Source: Trichosphaerium sp. ATCC 40318
Lineage: Eukaryota; Protista; Tubulinea
Length of the DNA stretch: 64,000 bases
Assembly: GCA_038496445.1 (NCBI GenBank)
Contig: JALMLS010000303.1
Location: forward strand, 40,722 to 104,721
Direction: 5' to 3'
Below the pieces are notes generated by a model. That model did no database searches. It saw only the letters and a program-made list of their open reading frames with translations, and was not told the origin of the DNA. The position numbers and the translations under genes were made by a program. This document shows, one piece after another, positions 28,079-40,287 of the stretch (position 1 is its first letter; each line of letters starts with the position of its first letter).

Positions 28079-29743
28079 TTATTTTGAAAGGAATCCAAAG
28101 TGGATAGCATGAGTATTAACTCTCTTTACAGGTAGATCCTTCTTCCAAGCGTTATACTGTAATTTGGTATCAACAATTCCAAGGTTCTGTTGGAAATCGC
28201 CCAACCAAGCGCTATCATTAGCATCCTTCTCAGCGAAAGCAAGAGGCCTAAAGTATTAAATTAAATTGTTAAAACCAAACAGCTTGAAGCATGTATCGGC
28301 GCGAGTTCGGAAAAGGAGAAAAGTAATCAAACTGAAAGAAAAATAAATACCTTGTAGCTTCAACATTGATTAAACTTAAGCCTTTGCAAAGATCAAATGA
28401 TGGCTCCTCACTAGCTTCGAAAAGACCAGAAAACTTTCTAGCACCTATAATAAATCGTGTAAGAAAATATAACTAAACATCAGTTGGATAGCATCCAAAC
28501 AAACGCTGTTGAATATAAAAACCAGAAACTATCAAAAAAAAAAAGAAACTTACCAATTATAGCATCCGTGTCTGTTGCTGCCTCTTGTGTGTTATTTATG
28601 GCATCTAACAAACTCATAGCTTCTCCATCAGGACCAACAGCACAGTGTACATTATCCTCCATCAAGTAGAAGTATTCATAATCGAAAAGCGAACAAAACG
28701 CTTTTGCAGCTTCTTTGAGTATTGTCTTTGATGCTCCAGACTTTACAGGTACACAAACAAATGGCTGTGTTGGGAATTCTTCTTTATAAGCTTTTAAATC
28801 CTCTTGCGGAATAAATACTAACTGTCTGTAGTCTTTAGACTCAACAAGGGATTCTGATGTTTTAGAGTCCTTTAATGCATTTGACAGGTCCAATTTGGCT
28901 GTTGTGGGACGTCCAGTTGATGTAATACAGATAGGATGACGGATTTTAAAAGAAGAAGGTGGAGACTTTATGCTTGGTAGCATATCGCGAGTTTTAGATA
29001 GAGGGATGCAGAGCTACGAACAAAAATTAGAAAAAAAAAATTGAATGGGAAATTTAAACAAAATAACTAAAGATCTACGTCATGACGCTAGCGACGCGTG
29101 TATAAACCACGATAACGTATTAGCACAATATTTAAGAGTCACTTTGTAAGGGAGTGGGGTTTTTTTCTCGGATTCGGTAGTTACCTTGAATACAAACTTT
29201 CCAAAGCGATCTAGTGACTTTGGTAGCAATACATCATCTGGTATCAGGAATTGAAGGTGAGGAGAGCCAACAAGGATTGTCGTGTCAGTACCTAGAGCGG
29301 TTTAGCTATTGTCAGTATGACAAACGTGCGAAACGATTGCTGTAAGCATTAATTTCACTACGCTGAGTGTAACAGCGGTTTTTTAGCGTGATAAAATACA
29401 ATTACACTCGACAGTACCTTGCCATGCCAATGCCTTGCCTAGAGGATCTCTTCGAGAGCGTTTTACTGCATACTTTTCTTTGTTTTTTATATCGCTGCTT
29501 TTTCCGTGTGTAGAAGCGCCATAAGTGCGCTTGAGTACTTCTGTAAAGTCTTCTGGCCGTGTTGGTGTTTTGTTTGAATTACTAGTCGCCAAATATCTCA
29601 CGCGCATTGGTAGAGTCTAAGTAGAAGTACAGTGAGAATGTGGCGATCAATTGGAAAGCAGGAAGCAAATAGTAGATTAACTACGCTATACGCCACACCG
29701 CTTTATCAGCAAGTGTAAATATGCGTACCCGTGCTCTTTGCAT
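28079..29743 (-). CDS. GREB1-C/TAGT-like GT-A glycosyltransferase-fold protein with a mitochondrial-presequence-like N-terminus
   Basis: PICITSTGRPTTAKLDLSNAL..RQLVFIPQEDLKAYKEEFP..PFVCVP..G..ILKEAAK..YEYFYLMEDN parallels, motif for motif, the GREB1 C-terminal glycosyltransferase pattern as I recall it. N-terminus MQRARTLPMRVRYLATS. Confidence 0.55.
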
Positions 29744-30309
29744 TGAACGTCCTGAAAAACTCGTAACACGCAACATTGTGGTCACCAACGCTTATAGTAT
29801 ACTTACAAAGTGTTACCTGTCAACATAAGAGTAAAAATCAATGTATAAAGGTAGCGACAGGTTTATAGATATCCTGTATTACGCGTTACAACGTACAATG
29901 CGTTTTCTTGCCTAAAACACAAACAAACTGACGTTGAAGGACTTTGTAGAAAAAATTTCTTCTGTTGTTTTTTGGCTTCAAAAAAATGTCTTCTACAAAA
30001 ATTGATTAGTGCTCTAAAACACGTCTCTGGAGCGTGTTTATTATTGAGTTCAGTAGATTGCATATTCAGTGACACCTAAGATGTTTGATTTTGATAAATG
30101 TGCTCATCAGTCTGCTAGATGGCATCTATGCGATTGCGTTCTTAAAGGGTTAAAAGAGGTAATTGCAGCACGTGGAATGCAGAGCTCTGACTTCAGCGTG
30201 TAAACTCAGGGGTGCACCGATGAAAAACTTCACAAAATGATAAAAGTCAATGACAGGCAAAAGCGACAGTTCAATTTAAACTCAGAATAAATTGTTGGTA
30301 GCTGACAAG

Positions 30310-33300
30310 ATGTATGCGAGGTTACCTCGTTATGGACTAGCTGCCGCGCAGCTCAACGCGCATCGAACTATTCAACGTATGCTTTAACATTACTTTCAGT
30401 AAGCGTCGCTGACATTAGCAAGGTCGAAGAATAACCAGAACGAAACATATCAGCGCGAAAGCAAATTACACGCGAGTGAGGAAAGAAACAATACCACGTC
30501 TAAACCTACGCGATGGGATAAACGGAACACTATTCAGTAGTCGTTTTAATGCGCGACCGAACAACTTCGTCTCAACAAAATTATTTACTGTACCACCATC
30601 TGTTGCACGTTACTACCACCTTGGAGCCTTTCAACACGCCGGGGCTGCGCCTCAGCAGCAACCAAAGCCAGTATCTACAAAGGCTTCTGAGAGTAAAGAA
30701 ACAGCTCAAACCAGTAAAGAAGAGAACCAAGAGGAGTTAATACCGATAAGCTTACCTAAATCGTACGTTTTACGTAAAATGATTCTATATCGCTTTGCTA
30801 TGCTACAAATAGATCACAACGGTTAAAAGTTTGCATTCATATCTCCTAACACCCTCAAATTGCCGTTTTACGAACAAATCGCGTCATTCAAACAATTTTT
30901 TTTTTGCTTTCAAGTCTCCTGTTCCTTCTCGTTCTCTTTTTGATAAAAAGCTCACCTAACGCTTATACCATTATTTATATAACGTTATATACCTAACTTA
31001 TTGTCTTTTTAGACAAACTCCTGCTCCTGAGAAGTCATTTATGGCTGCTGTCACTTCTACGCTTCAAAACGCATTTGATATGATTGTTGGAATGTTTAAA
31101 GTAGTCTGCGACCCTAAGACGTATGTGTGGCTGTACCAAAAAATGGTAGAAGTTAAAAAACTTCTTTTGGCCGCTTATCGTGATCCTGTTGGAACACGTG
31201 AATGGTTGTGGAAGTTTTTGAAGGATGGCGCACATCACACTTGGGTTGGTCTTAAATTATTTGGTAAAAATGTAGCAACATCTACTGGTATTGTGTTCAG
31301 GCATTTAAGCGGTACGTAGTGCGGTAGGTTGCGTTATTGTCGCAGCAACAAAAAATTTAGTTTTTGGAAAAATTAATGAAAAAAAAAATAGTCCAAAGTG
31401 AAGACAATACTTGGATGGAGTGTTGTTAAAATATTTTAATTTTTGACTTGTTTTATAGGTAAACCTATGACGTATCGTGAATATCGTTTATTGATCAGAA
31501 CAAGTGCTGACATTTTCAGAATGGTTCCATTTTCTTTTTTTATATTGGTACCAGCGATGGAAATTTTTTTGCCTATTTATCTATATCTATTCCCTGGTAT
31601 GCTTCCGTCTTCATTCAGAAGCGATCTACAAAAAGTACGTATATATTAATAGCATATTGAGCGATTATTATCTAAGTTTGATTGTGCTGTGTAAAGCTAT
31701 TAATTTTTTTTCTTTTTTTTATTATTTTCCTTGTGAACAATATCTTTTAATGTTAGCATGATAGGACGATTACTTGCGTAAACGATTGCGTATTAAAATT
31801 GATATGGCAAGATTCTTGCGTGAGGCATTGAAAAAAATGAAGAAAAAGGGAGATGATCCACAAGGTTACGAAAACTTTATCAGAAAGGCACGTGTGTATA
31901 CTAATTTTTTTTTGATTCGAGTTTTTGAGCTCAGAAAAATAATAACCTTTTCGCGTGCTTGTATATTTGGCCGCTACGTTGTCTTGATTTCAATTGTACT
32001 TATATTTTTTTTTGCAGGTTAAAAGTGGCGAGCCTGTGGAAAAACCAATTCTAATGAAATATGTCAAATACTTCAAGGATGAATTTACAACTGATAATCT
32101 TACACGTGGTCAGCTTGCTCAAATGTGTCAAGTCATGGGATTACCTATGTTTGGCACTACAGAATTTCTACGTAATATTCTTAGAGTAAGGCTTGGTATG
32201 CTCCGTAAAGCTGATAGCGTACGTTGTACTTTTTTAATCGGGTTTCTATTTTTTGTTGAAACACCTCTTTGGTCGTTCATTTATGATTTATAGCTCTTGA
32301 CACCGGAAGTAATTGATAGTTTTTCTACAATGGAATTACGTGAAGCAGCTTCATTGCGTGGTATGGATGGCAAAGACTTGCGTACACGTATGAAGAATTG
32401 GATAGATCTGGCAAATAAAAAGAGTGTACGTTTTCTACGCATTAGTTTACAGGTTGTTGCTGTTGTTCTGACGTATTCCTTTAGGTCCCTTATACTATCC
32501 TTTTTTTGTCTCGTGTATTTACAGATCCACAAGACTCAACTGTAGAGCAGCAAGATCAACGTATCAAGGTATGTCAATTAAACGAAAAGAGCACTTTTTT
32601 GCTTCATCAGAACTTGGGATATTTAGATTGAATTCTAACATGACCTTTAGGAAGTTATCTCTAAGATGCCTGCCGCTGCTATTGATGAAGCTGAAGTAGA
32701 TGAAGAAGATGTCGTACCAGAGTTGAAACTTGAAATGATTAAGGAGCAACAAGACTTAAACGCAAAAGAAAAAGATGAAGAGGATAAAAAGAAAAAAGCA
32801 GAAGAAGAAGCCAAAAAGGCGGAAGATGAAGCTAAAAAGGCTGTGGAAGAAGCAGAAGCAGCAAAGAAAGAAGAAGAACTTGCCAAGCAACTGCAAGAAG
32901 AAGCTGCAGCCAAAGAAGCCGCAAAACCAGCTTCTGAGCCTGAACCAGAGGCCCAGCCTATTAAAAAAGATACTAAGGCACCAGTTGAAGAAATTAAAAA
33001 GCCTGCGGAAGCAAAACAAGCAAGCAAAACAGCCGAGGCTAAAAAACCATCAGAACCATCAAAACCAGCTTCAAAAGATGCTTCTGTACCAGAAGCAGCT
33101 ACAACTACTGAAGTTGAACCAGCTGCTGAAACAGCTGCTCCAGTTTCTAAAGAAGAGACCGCTGAAGCCGCTGCTAAAGATAAAAAAGATGAGGAAGCTT
33201 TACTTGATGAACAGAAAGTTCGTGATGTTGCCGACTGTTTGGCTACATTAGCAAAGCCTCTTGATGAAGAAAAAGAAGCTATCCAAAGCCTTAAAGATAA

Positions 33301-34616
33301 GTTCTTTGCTGATAAGCGTGATGCTGTAGCAGAAGAATTAATGGAGGAAGCTATTGAAGAAGCTCAGGTAAGGCTCTTTGCAAACATTTTTCAAAAAAAC
33401 TTTTTTCTGGCATGCCCTGCTCATCCCTACTGTACAATTCACTTACCTTATATCAGGAATACCGTAAGAGAAAAGAAAAAGAAGCTAAACAAGCTGAAGA
33501 AGCAGCTAAAGAGGCTGCAGCACCTGCAGCTGAAGGTGATAAGCCAGCACCAACTGATTCCGCCAAGCCTGCTGAAAAAACACAAAAAGCAAAAGCAGAG
33601 CCTAAAGCTGAACCTAAAAAAGCAGCTAAGGTCGCTAAACCTACAGAGGCTAAACCTGAAGCTGTTAAACCTGCTACAAAGTCCACTGAGGCTCCTGCAA
33701 CTAAAGCAACAGAGAAAGCCGCTGAGGAGAAAAAGGATCTGTCCTTTGCTGAGAAAGCAGAAGTTCCTGCTGCTGAGACCCAAGAAACACCTGCAGCTCC
33801 TGTAGAAGATGCTGCAGAAGCTGAAAAGGCAGAAGAAGAAGGTATGACAGAAGAAGAAAAAGAGGAAGAAGCTAAAAAAGTCGCAAAGGCCAAGAAAGAA
33901 AAGGTAGGGTTTGAGTCAAATAGTTTTTCTTCTTTTCTGACATTCTTGTGCTTTTAGGAAAAGAAATTACAGAACCGTTTGGATGCTACATTGTCCTCAT
34001 GGGTAGATCAACTTGAAAAAGAAGTTGATGCTCTTGGTACTGAGGTTGTTCGGTTACAAATTATCGATCAAAATCAAGATGGTGTCATTTCAACACAGGA
34101 ACTCATTGACGTAAGTTTTATTCTTTTTTCTTTCTTCTGAAATCATTACTTAATGAGATTTAAGTCAATTTGTTTTATCTTTTATTGGCCCTTTGTGGTT
34201 GCTTGTTTTTTTCCTTCTTTCCTTTTGTTGTCAGACTAGGAACTTATGTGCGTTTGTCTAGGCTATTGATACACAATTTAATCAAAAATATAAACATGAA
34301 GATATTCGTTCTCTCATTGCACGTTTTGATACAAATGAAGATGGAAACATTGATGTAGCATATTTGAAACAATTTTCAGGTGGAGACCTTGATATTCAGG
34401 CCGAACTACGAGGAGAAGAGCGAAAACGATTAGAAAGGTATGTAACACAAAGATGATCTTCTTTTTTGTTTTTTTCTTTCTTTCGTCGAAAATTGCTTCC
34501 ACTTTTCGAGAGTTCCATTCACTTGTTTTTTCATAAGTTAATCTGTTTTCTTTAGAGAACAACAAGAAAATGAAGCCAACAAAGTTGAACAACAGGCTAA
34601 AGACTCTAAGGAATAA
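30310..34616 (+). CDS. LETM1: LETM1/Mdm38-like mitochondrial inner-membrane protein with EF-hands and a long charged low-complexity insert
   Basis: Presequence MYARLPRYGL; HHTWVGLKLF; REYRLLIRTSADIFRMVPFSFFILVPAMEIFLPIYLYLFPGMLPSSF; DNLTRGQL; ELREAASLRGM; EF loops DQNQDGVIS and DTNEDGNID. Confidence 0.93.
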
Positions 34617-35386
34617 ATAAAACAAACCCAAACCAAACAAACCCCCTAAAAAAAAAAAGTGTCCATATAGTATCTTGGTGGTGAGCCAAAAAAAAAATTA
34701 ACTCTAACCCCCACTCTATTCCTTTGCTCTCTCACCTTTAAAAGTGTCGTGAAAAAGAATTATATTTATTTACAAAAAAGCCCACACAGCACCACAGCAC
34801 ATTCATGTAATGAAAAGAAAAAAAAAAAATGAAAAAAGAATAAATCAACCTCCGAATTAATTAAGAAGGAATACTTGACAGCCTAAACAGCGCTGTTAAT
34901 TTATTAATGTTTGACGAGAAGCAGATGAATATTTGGTTGGTGTAACTGTTCTATGAAATGAGTGGACAGTTTGAGTCTTTTTTTTGTTGGAAGTAGGCTG
35001 TGCGTGTAAAAAAAAGTAGTGTTGTTAAATAGTCGACTTTGGACCTACTTGAACAGCAAGGGTACCTACTCCCTTTGAGGTCTCTAAAAATGAGTTTTAT
35101 ACCCTTAGTTAGTTGGTAGCGAGAACACGCTACAAGCACCACAGCACCAAGATAGAGTGTAATACACCAATGTGATGCTGTTAAATGCTCCAGGGATATT
35201 TTCCTACTTTTTTCTGCTATTGAGGCCATTTCCAGTCGCTCAGAACTGAAAACCTGCTTTTGATTTTAATCAAATGAAGGCAGCTGAAAAGAAGAAGAGC
35301 ACTGGCAAAGAGGAGATGGTAAAATGAGTGAAAATGAGCATGTGCTGAGAATTCACATACTTAGCTTTTGTGTATATCGCACTAAG

Positions 35387-36780
35387 AGGTGCTTCAAATA
35401 AACTTGTCACATGCTTTATTTAACCCTTTGGTGAATAGTCATGTTAACTTCCTTTTTTTGTTTTGTTCTGACCTTGGCACGCAAGTCATGTATATGTGTT
35501 AGTTAAAAAGTCATGTTTTCAGCTTTGAAAATTAGTCCTTAAGCACCAAATGTGTTTAATGGAGATAATAGTAAGTTTTTCTTACTGATTAATAGAACTT
35601 TACTAGAGCAACAACTGCTTACATAGATTAGACATATTGTACATGACATGAAATAATTTTGCTGAATATTTCCAAGCTAATTAATTTTGCGCCTATCAGT
35701 GATTGCAATGCTATTGTCTGTTATTAACTCACAACCATACGCGGAGATAGTGTGTGCACCTGCCAATGCCGCAATGCCATTGTCTGTTATTAATTTACAA
35801 GCATACAAGTTGATAGTGTGTACACCTGCCAATACCTTCAAACCTTCATCTGTTACATTTGTATGTGATAAATCAATCGTGTGTACACCTGCCAATGCCG
35901 CAATGCCATTGTCTGTTATTGACTCACAAGCATACAAGTTGATAGTGTGTACACCTGCCAATACCTTCAAACCTTCATCTGTTACATTTGTAAATGATAA
36001 ATTAATCGTATGTACACCTGCCAATGCTGCAATGCCATTGTCTGTTATTGATTTAGAACCATACAAGATGATAGTGTGTACACCTGCCAATGCCTTCAAA
36101 CCTTCATCTGTTACATTTGTACATGATAAATCAATATCATGTACACCTGTCAATGCCGCAATGCCATTGTCTGTCATTGATTCAGAACCATACAAGTTGA
36201 TAGTGTGTACACCTGCCAATGCATTCAAACCTTCATCTGTTACATTTGTATCTGATAAATTAATCTTATGTACACCTGCCAATGCTGCAATGCCATTGTC
36301 TGTTATTGATTTACAAGCATACAAGTTGATAGTGTGTACACTTGCCAATGCCTTCAAACCTTCATCTGTTACATTTGTTAATGATAAATCAATCGTATGT
36401 ACACCTGCCAATGACTTCAAGCCTTCATCTGTTACATTTGTATCTGATAAATTAATCTTATGTACACCTGCCAATGCCACAATAATGTTGTTTGTTAGCT
36501 TTTTCTGGCTGAGATCAATAGTTGTATTGTGGAGTAATGGACTACCAGATAGCATTTGAACTTCATTTGTGTTTTTAATAGCAATACAACCATACCCAAC
36601 GTGGTTGTGAACAATATCTTGTAAAAGATGGCATGTTTGGGCTGCACAAAGTGTATAGGTCCCTTGTTTGAGAATATGGACTATTAACTCAATTGGTAGC
36701 GTGACAAGGTTGAATACTTGGTTAAACTGTGTTTGTTGTTGTTTTTTCTTTTCCATTGTATGGTCACTAGTTTTCGTTAA
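35387..36780. repeat. Inverted repeat IR4, right arm
   Basis: Reverse complement of 23040-24655 with a different LRR module number and order. Confidence 0.9.
35677..36756 (-). CDS. Intronless F-box/LRR protein (11 LRR modules + cap), 359 aa
   Basis: LVTLPIELIVHIL..AQTCHLLQDIV F-box-like; 21-aa and 22-aa LAGVHxIxL modules. Confidence 0.92.
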   Translation of the reverse strand: MEKKKQQQTQFNQVFNLVTLPIELIVHILKQGTYTLCAAQTCHLLQDIVHNHVGYGCIAIKNTNEVQMLSGSPLLHNTTIDLSQKKLTNNIIVALAGVHKINLSDTNVTDEGLKSLAGVHTIDLSLTNVTDEGLKALASVHTINLYACKSITDNGIAALAGVHKINLSDTNVTDEGLNALAGVHTINLYGSESMTDNGIAALTGVHDIDLSCTNVTDEGLKALAGVHTIILYGSKSITDNGIAALAGVHTINLSFTNVTDEGLKVLAGVHTINLYACESITDNGIAALAGVHTIDLSHTNVTDEGLKVLAGVHTINLYACKLITDNGIAALAGAHTISAYGCELITDNSIAITDRRKIN

Positions 36781-36848
36781 GCAAATATTATAAAGTAAAA
36801 GGAGAACTTGAGGGATTAAAAGCGTTTAGCTGGGTGATAATAAACACA

Positions 36849-36971
36849 TAAGGCGTCACGATCAGAAAATTCACTGAAATTTGCTGCAATTTTCTTTTTT
36901 TTTGTAATGTAGCTCTAGCGGCCAGCAACGCCTGCCAAAAAACATTTTGGAAGTGAAAACGTTTTATCGTA
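36849..36971. mobile_element. Truncated copy of the 9326-9841 MITE end, ~95 bp upstream of the F-box-LRR start
   Basis: Reverse complement of ~9711-9825 (gcctgccaaaaaacattttggaagtgaaaacgttttat). Confidence 0.8.
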
Positions 36972-37149
36972 GAAATTAATTCTCCCTTTGTCGTTTGACT
37001 GTTGTTTTGATAATAATTAGCGTATTGAACGCGTAAGAAGGGCGTTTAAGACATTTAAGTGTATTTTAAGTTAAAAAAACTTGTTAGAACAACGTACGGC
37101 TTGGTTTCCATGTTATAGTGTTTATTTGCTTATATAGTGGTATTAGCCT

Positions 37150-37390
37150 AAAGTGAAAGTTAAACTAGACTTATATTGGTTGCCTTAATGTCCTTCCCAA
37201 AAAAATGTCGTTTTGGCTAGATGTCTCGTCCCTATCATCTATAATGTAATAGCAGTAGGAACACGTGACGGTTAGATTACTCCGTCTATAGCAACCACAG
37301 ATTTGGAGGATAGAACCTTTCTCATCCCAGCTTTGACCTTCTTGATCACGGAGTCAGAGAGGTTGTCCCATTAATGGGACTAAGACCTGT
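37150..37390 (-). mobile_element. Possible Tc1/mariner transposase C-terminal remnant
   Basis: The minus strand reads LSPI then, out of frame, WDNLSDSVIKKVKAGMRKVLSSKSVVAIDG*, resembling the Tc1/mariner C-terminus; mariner-like TATTGGTTGCC near 37154. Confidence 0.3.
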
Positions 37391-37511
37391 GTACAAACAA
37401 TTACACCATAAACTATTTTCGCTGAATGACTGCTGTCATTGCTTGGGACTCTTTTTTTTTTTATCAAAATACTAGTATGCACGTGTACGGATTAGTTGAG
37501 TGTATACTTTA

Positions 37512-40287
37512 TTACTGTGTACATGGATATTGACACCATCTTGTAGTACTCGAGTATTGACCAGTCTTTGGTATAGATATCATGGTGAAAGTTGATTGTA
37601 GGTTTAATGTAGGCTTTTCGCTCAAAATCTAATAAAAAAACTTTAGTTCATGTGTTTTGCGTCGTCCAGCGTTCAAACAAGAAGCAAAACAAAATCAATT
37701 GTCTCTGATAAACTCCGAGGTTACTAACTGCAAATAAAATTGTTTACGAAAGTAAAATGTGGTACAAACACGTGGTCACACGATTTTTTTGATGAACGTT
37801 TCCAAAAAAACAAGAAAAAAACAAGAAAAAATATGCAAAGGAATACTTTGAGTTGGAGAAATGTTTGTAGGTAATTCACTGTTACAATATACAAAAAAAA
37901 GATAAGTACCTTCATCAATGATTGTGCACTAAGATTTTTTTGTCCTAAGGCTTCCATGTGACGGTTTCCAGGTACACGTCTATCATCAAACCAAGGAGCA
38001 GGATTCCAATGATCATAATTTGTTTGTAAGAGATACCATTTTCCTGGTTCATCTCCTAGTACCCAAGGATGGTTTGAAGTACCGTTTCTATTTCTTGAGA
38101 GTACAGTACCTTCATAAATAAGTGAGAAAAGACGAACAAACCCAAGGAAAAAGTACAAGAAACACAAAGACTGAAAAACTGTTTTCTTCTTCAACCGCAA
38201 CAAGAAAGTGTGCTGAACTAGTTACGGACCTTGACCAGGATTTTTACCACCAATAATATAGTAACAATCAGCAATAGTTAGATCATTACTTAACTGAGTG
38301 ACAGCTGAATTATAATCATTTTCGTTTTGTAGTACATCACGTGCTAAGAACGTTACAAGAGTAGCATTTTTTTCTTCAATCGCAGCGATAACTTCGTAAA
38401 ATAATTCCTTAAGACCTCCTGGATAGAAACGTGTATTAACCGATATAGAATACTCTCCAGGTCTTTGACCGGACATTAGACCAACATATCCTTCATTAAA
38501 AATGAGCAACAACCAAAAAAAAACCTTAACAATTCAAGATTTTTTGTTTCAAAGTATACTTTTGTTTGCTTGCTGTGTACAAAAAAAAAAAAAGAGAACA
38601 GTCTTCTTAAAACACGACACATTCTCCGTTAATAGGAATTATTGTTTTGAGGTTCATACCTGCCATGTTAGTCGCTTTGAAGACAGTTTTGTTCCCTCTT
38701 TGGTAGTGTGCTTCGTATGTGAGCGCCTTTAATGTATCCGTGAAGCCCATACCGGCCCAGAAGTCCATATTACGAACATGGTATATAGTTCCATCTGTTC
38801 CTTGTGCGACAATAGATGTACACGCATCACTTAAGACAAACAGTAAGTAACACAAACGCGACGTAGAACACAGTTTCAAATGTGATAGATTTTTCGTTTC
38901 GTACGTCAGTTCATAAGCCAAGTTGATTAGAGATAACCAACCTGGTGAAATACCAATTTGTTTTGCACATCCTCGTAATCTACAAACAAACTTTAGTTTG
39001 GGCTGAGGTATAATTTGTTTTGTTTTCTTCAAAAAAATAAGTTTGATTTTGCGTACTCTGCAGCAAGTTCTGTTGGGTAGTAGAAGTAATTCAAAGCATC
39101 GCCGATATCGGCTATTACAGGAGCAACATCTCCAAGGAGGTTAATTATCTAAGAAAGTAATTAGCGTTGTGTTGAAGTAGTGGTATGATACAAACAATAC
39201 GATGTTGTTGGTTCAGTAGCGTTTGATTTTTGGACGCAAACTAAGAGTGAGAACTTACAGTATTGGCTAGGAACAGCATGCTACTTTTAAACTCTGGTAC
39301 TGAGCATACTTCATTGTCTAAAACAACAGTAGTGAGTTGGGGTTGAATAAACTATTTCTTTTTGCTCTTTTTGTGAAAACTTACATCTGTCTTCTGGTGC
39401 GAGATCCAGGTTGATAAAGTAAGTATTTACTGGAACAGGATCAGTGTGGGTTTTAAAAGGTGCGCATTGACCAATCTCGTAGCATATACGAGAAACAGTC
39501 CATTGTTGGGTGAGCATTTTAAACTATAAAGAATAGTTAGTACTGTTGTTTTTGTTGCGCATATGAGAAAAGTCATGGTGAAGGAGTGATAACGGACAAA
39601 ATGGTTTCTCTTTTAAAACGATGTTGTGCTCAATAGTACACTACAGTTTTTGTTGTTATCTCAAGGGGGCGGTGATTACACGTGCGTTTCGAAAAAAAAG
39701 AAGAAATTCCGGAAAGTACACCAGTTTGCTCAATGAAATGGTTCGGAATATCTCGTGTGGAAGTCACGTGATAAAAAAAAATTTACAAATAAAATACCTT
39801 CACGTACAATGTCAGGGATGGTATTTGCGGTTGTTAGGCAAATTGTCTTAAGTTCACCTGCAAGCGAGTTACAGACATCCTCAGTTATTTTTTCGGTCAC
39901 TTCAGTTTCTGTAATGTTCTCTAGTAATAATCCTTCGAGCTCATTAACAACAATTCCACATATTGCGCCTAACAGTGTTACGAAAATGAGTATAACTTTT
40001 CCAAACAACTTTTCTTCAAATTTGAAGCCTTGGACAGCGTTAGCTGGTCACGTGGGCTTTTTTTTGTGGAAAGGGTGTAGAGCGAGGAAGAGCACAAAGT
40101 AGGGTGAATAAGGCGTACAGTCAAAGGTAAGATCGTCTGGGTTGTCAGCTTTGAGTTTGGCAACATTGTTTTGAGTTTGAGCAGGAATCTTATCCCACAG
40201 CGCTTTCAACGATGGTTTTTGGAGCGCAGGCAATGCAAATGAACTAGCGTAGATAACAGCGACTAAGAAAACCAACTTGAGATACAT
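37512..40287 (-). CDS. Acid ceramidase/N-acylethanolamine acid amidase (Ntn hydrolase) with N-terminal saposin-B domain
   Basis: Signal peptide; saposin Cys pattern (CGIVVNELE..VC..IC..IC); INLDLAPEDR; nucleophile DACTSIVA; HVRNMDF; GYVGLMSGQRPG; QTNYDHW..DDRR. Confidence 0.93.

Noticed and set aside
32647-33893. Antisense and alternative-frame ORFs over the LETM1 low-complexity exons
   Set aside because: Artefacts of biased GAA/GCT/AAA codon use.
23330-36500. Diversity-generating retroelement (adenine mutagenesis) as the source of LRR variation
   Set aside because: Many changes fall at A positions, but several involve non-A bases (gat/tat, aac/aga, tgt/tct); no reverse transcriptase or invariant template repeat is in the window.
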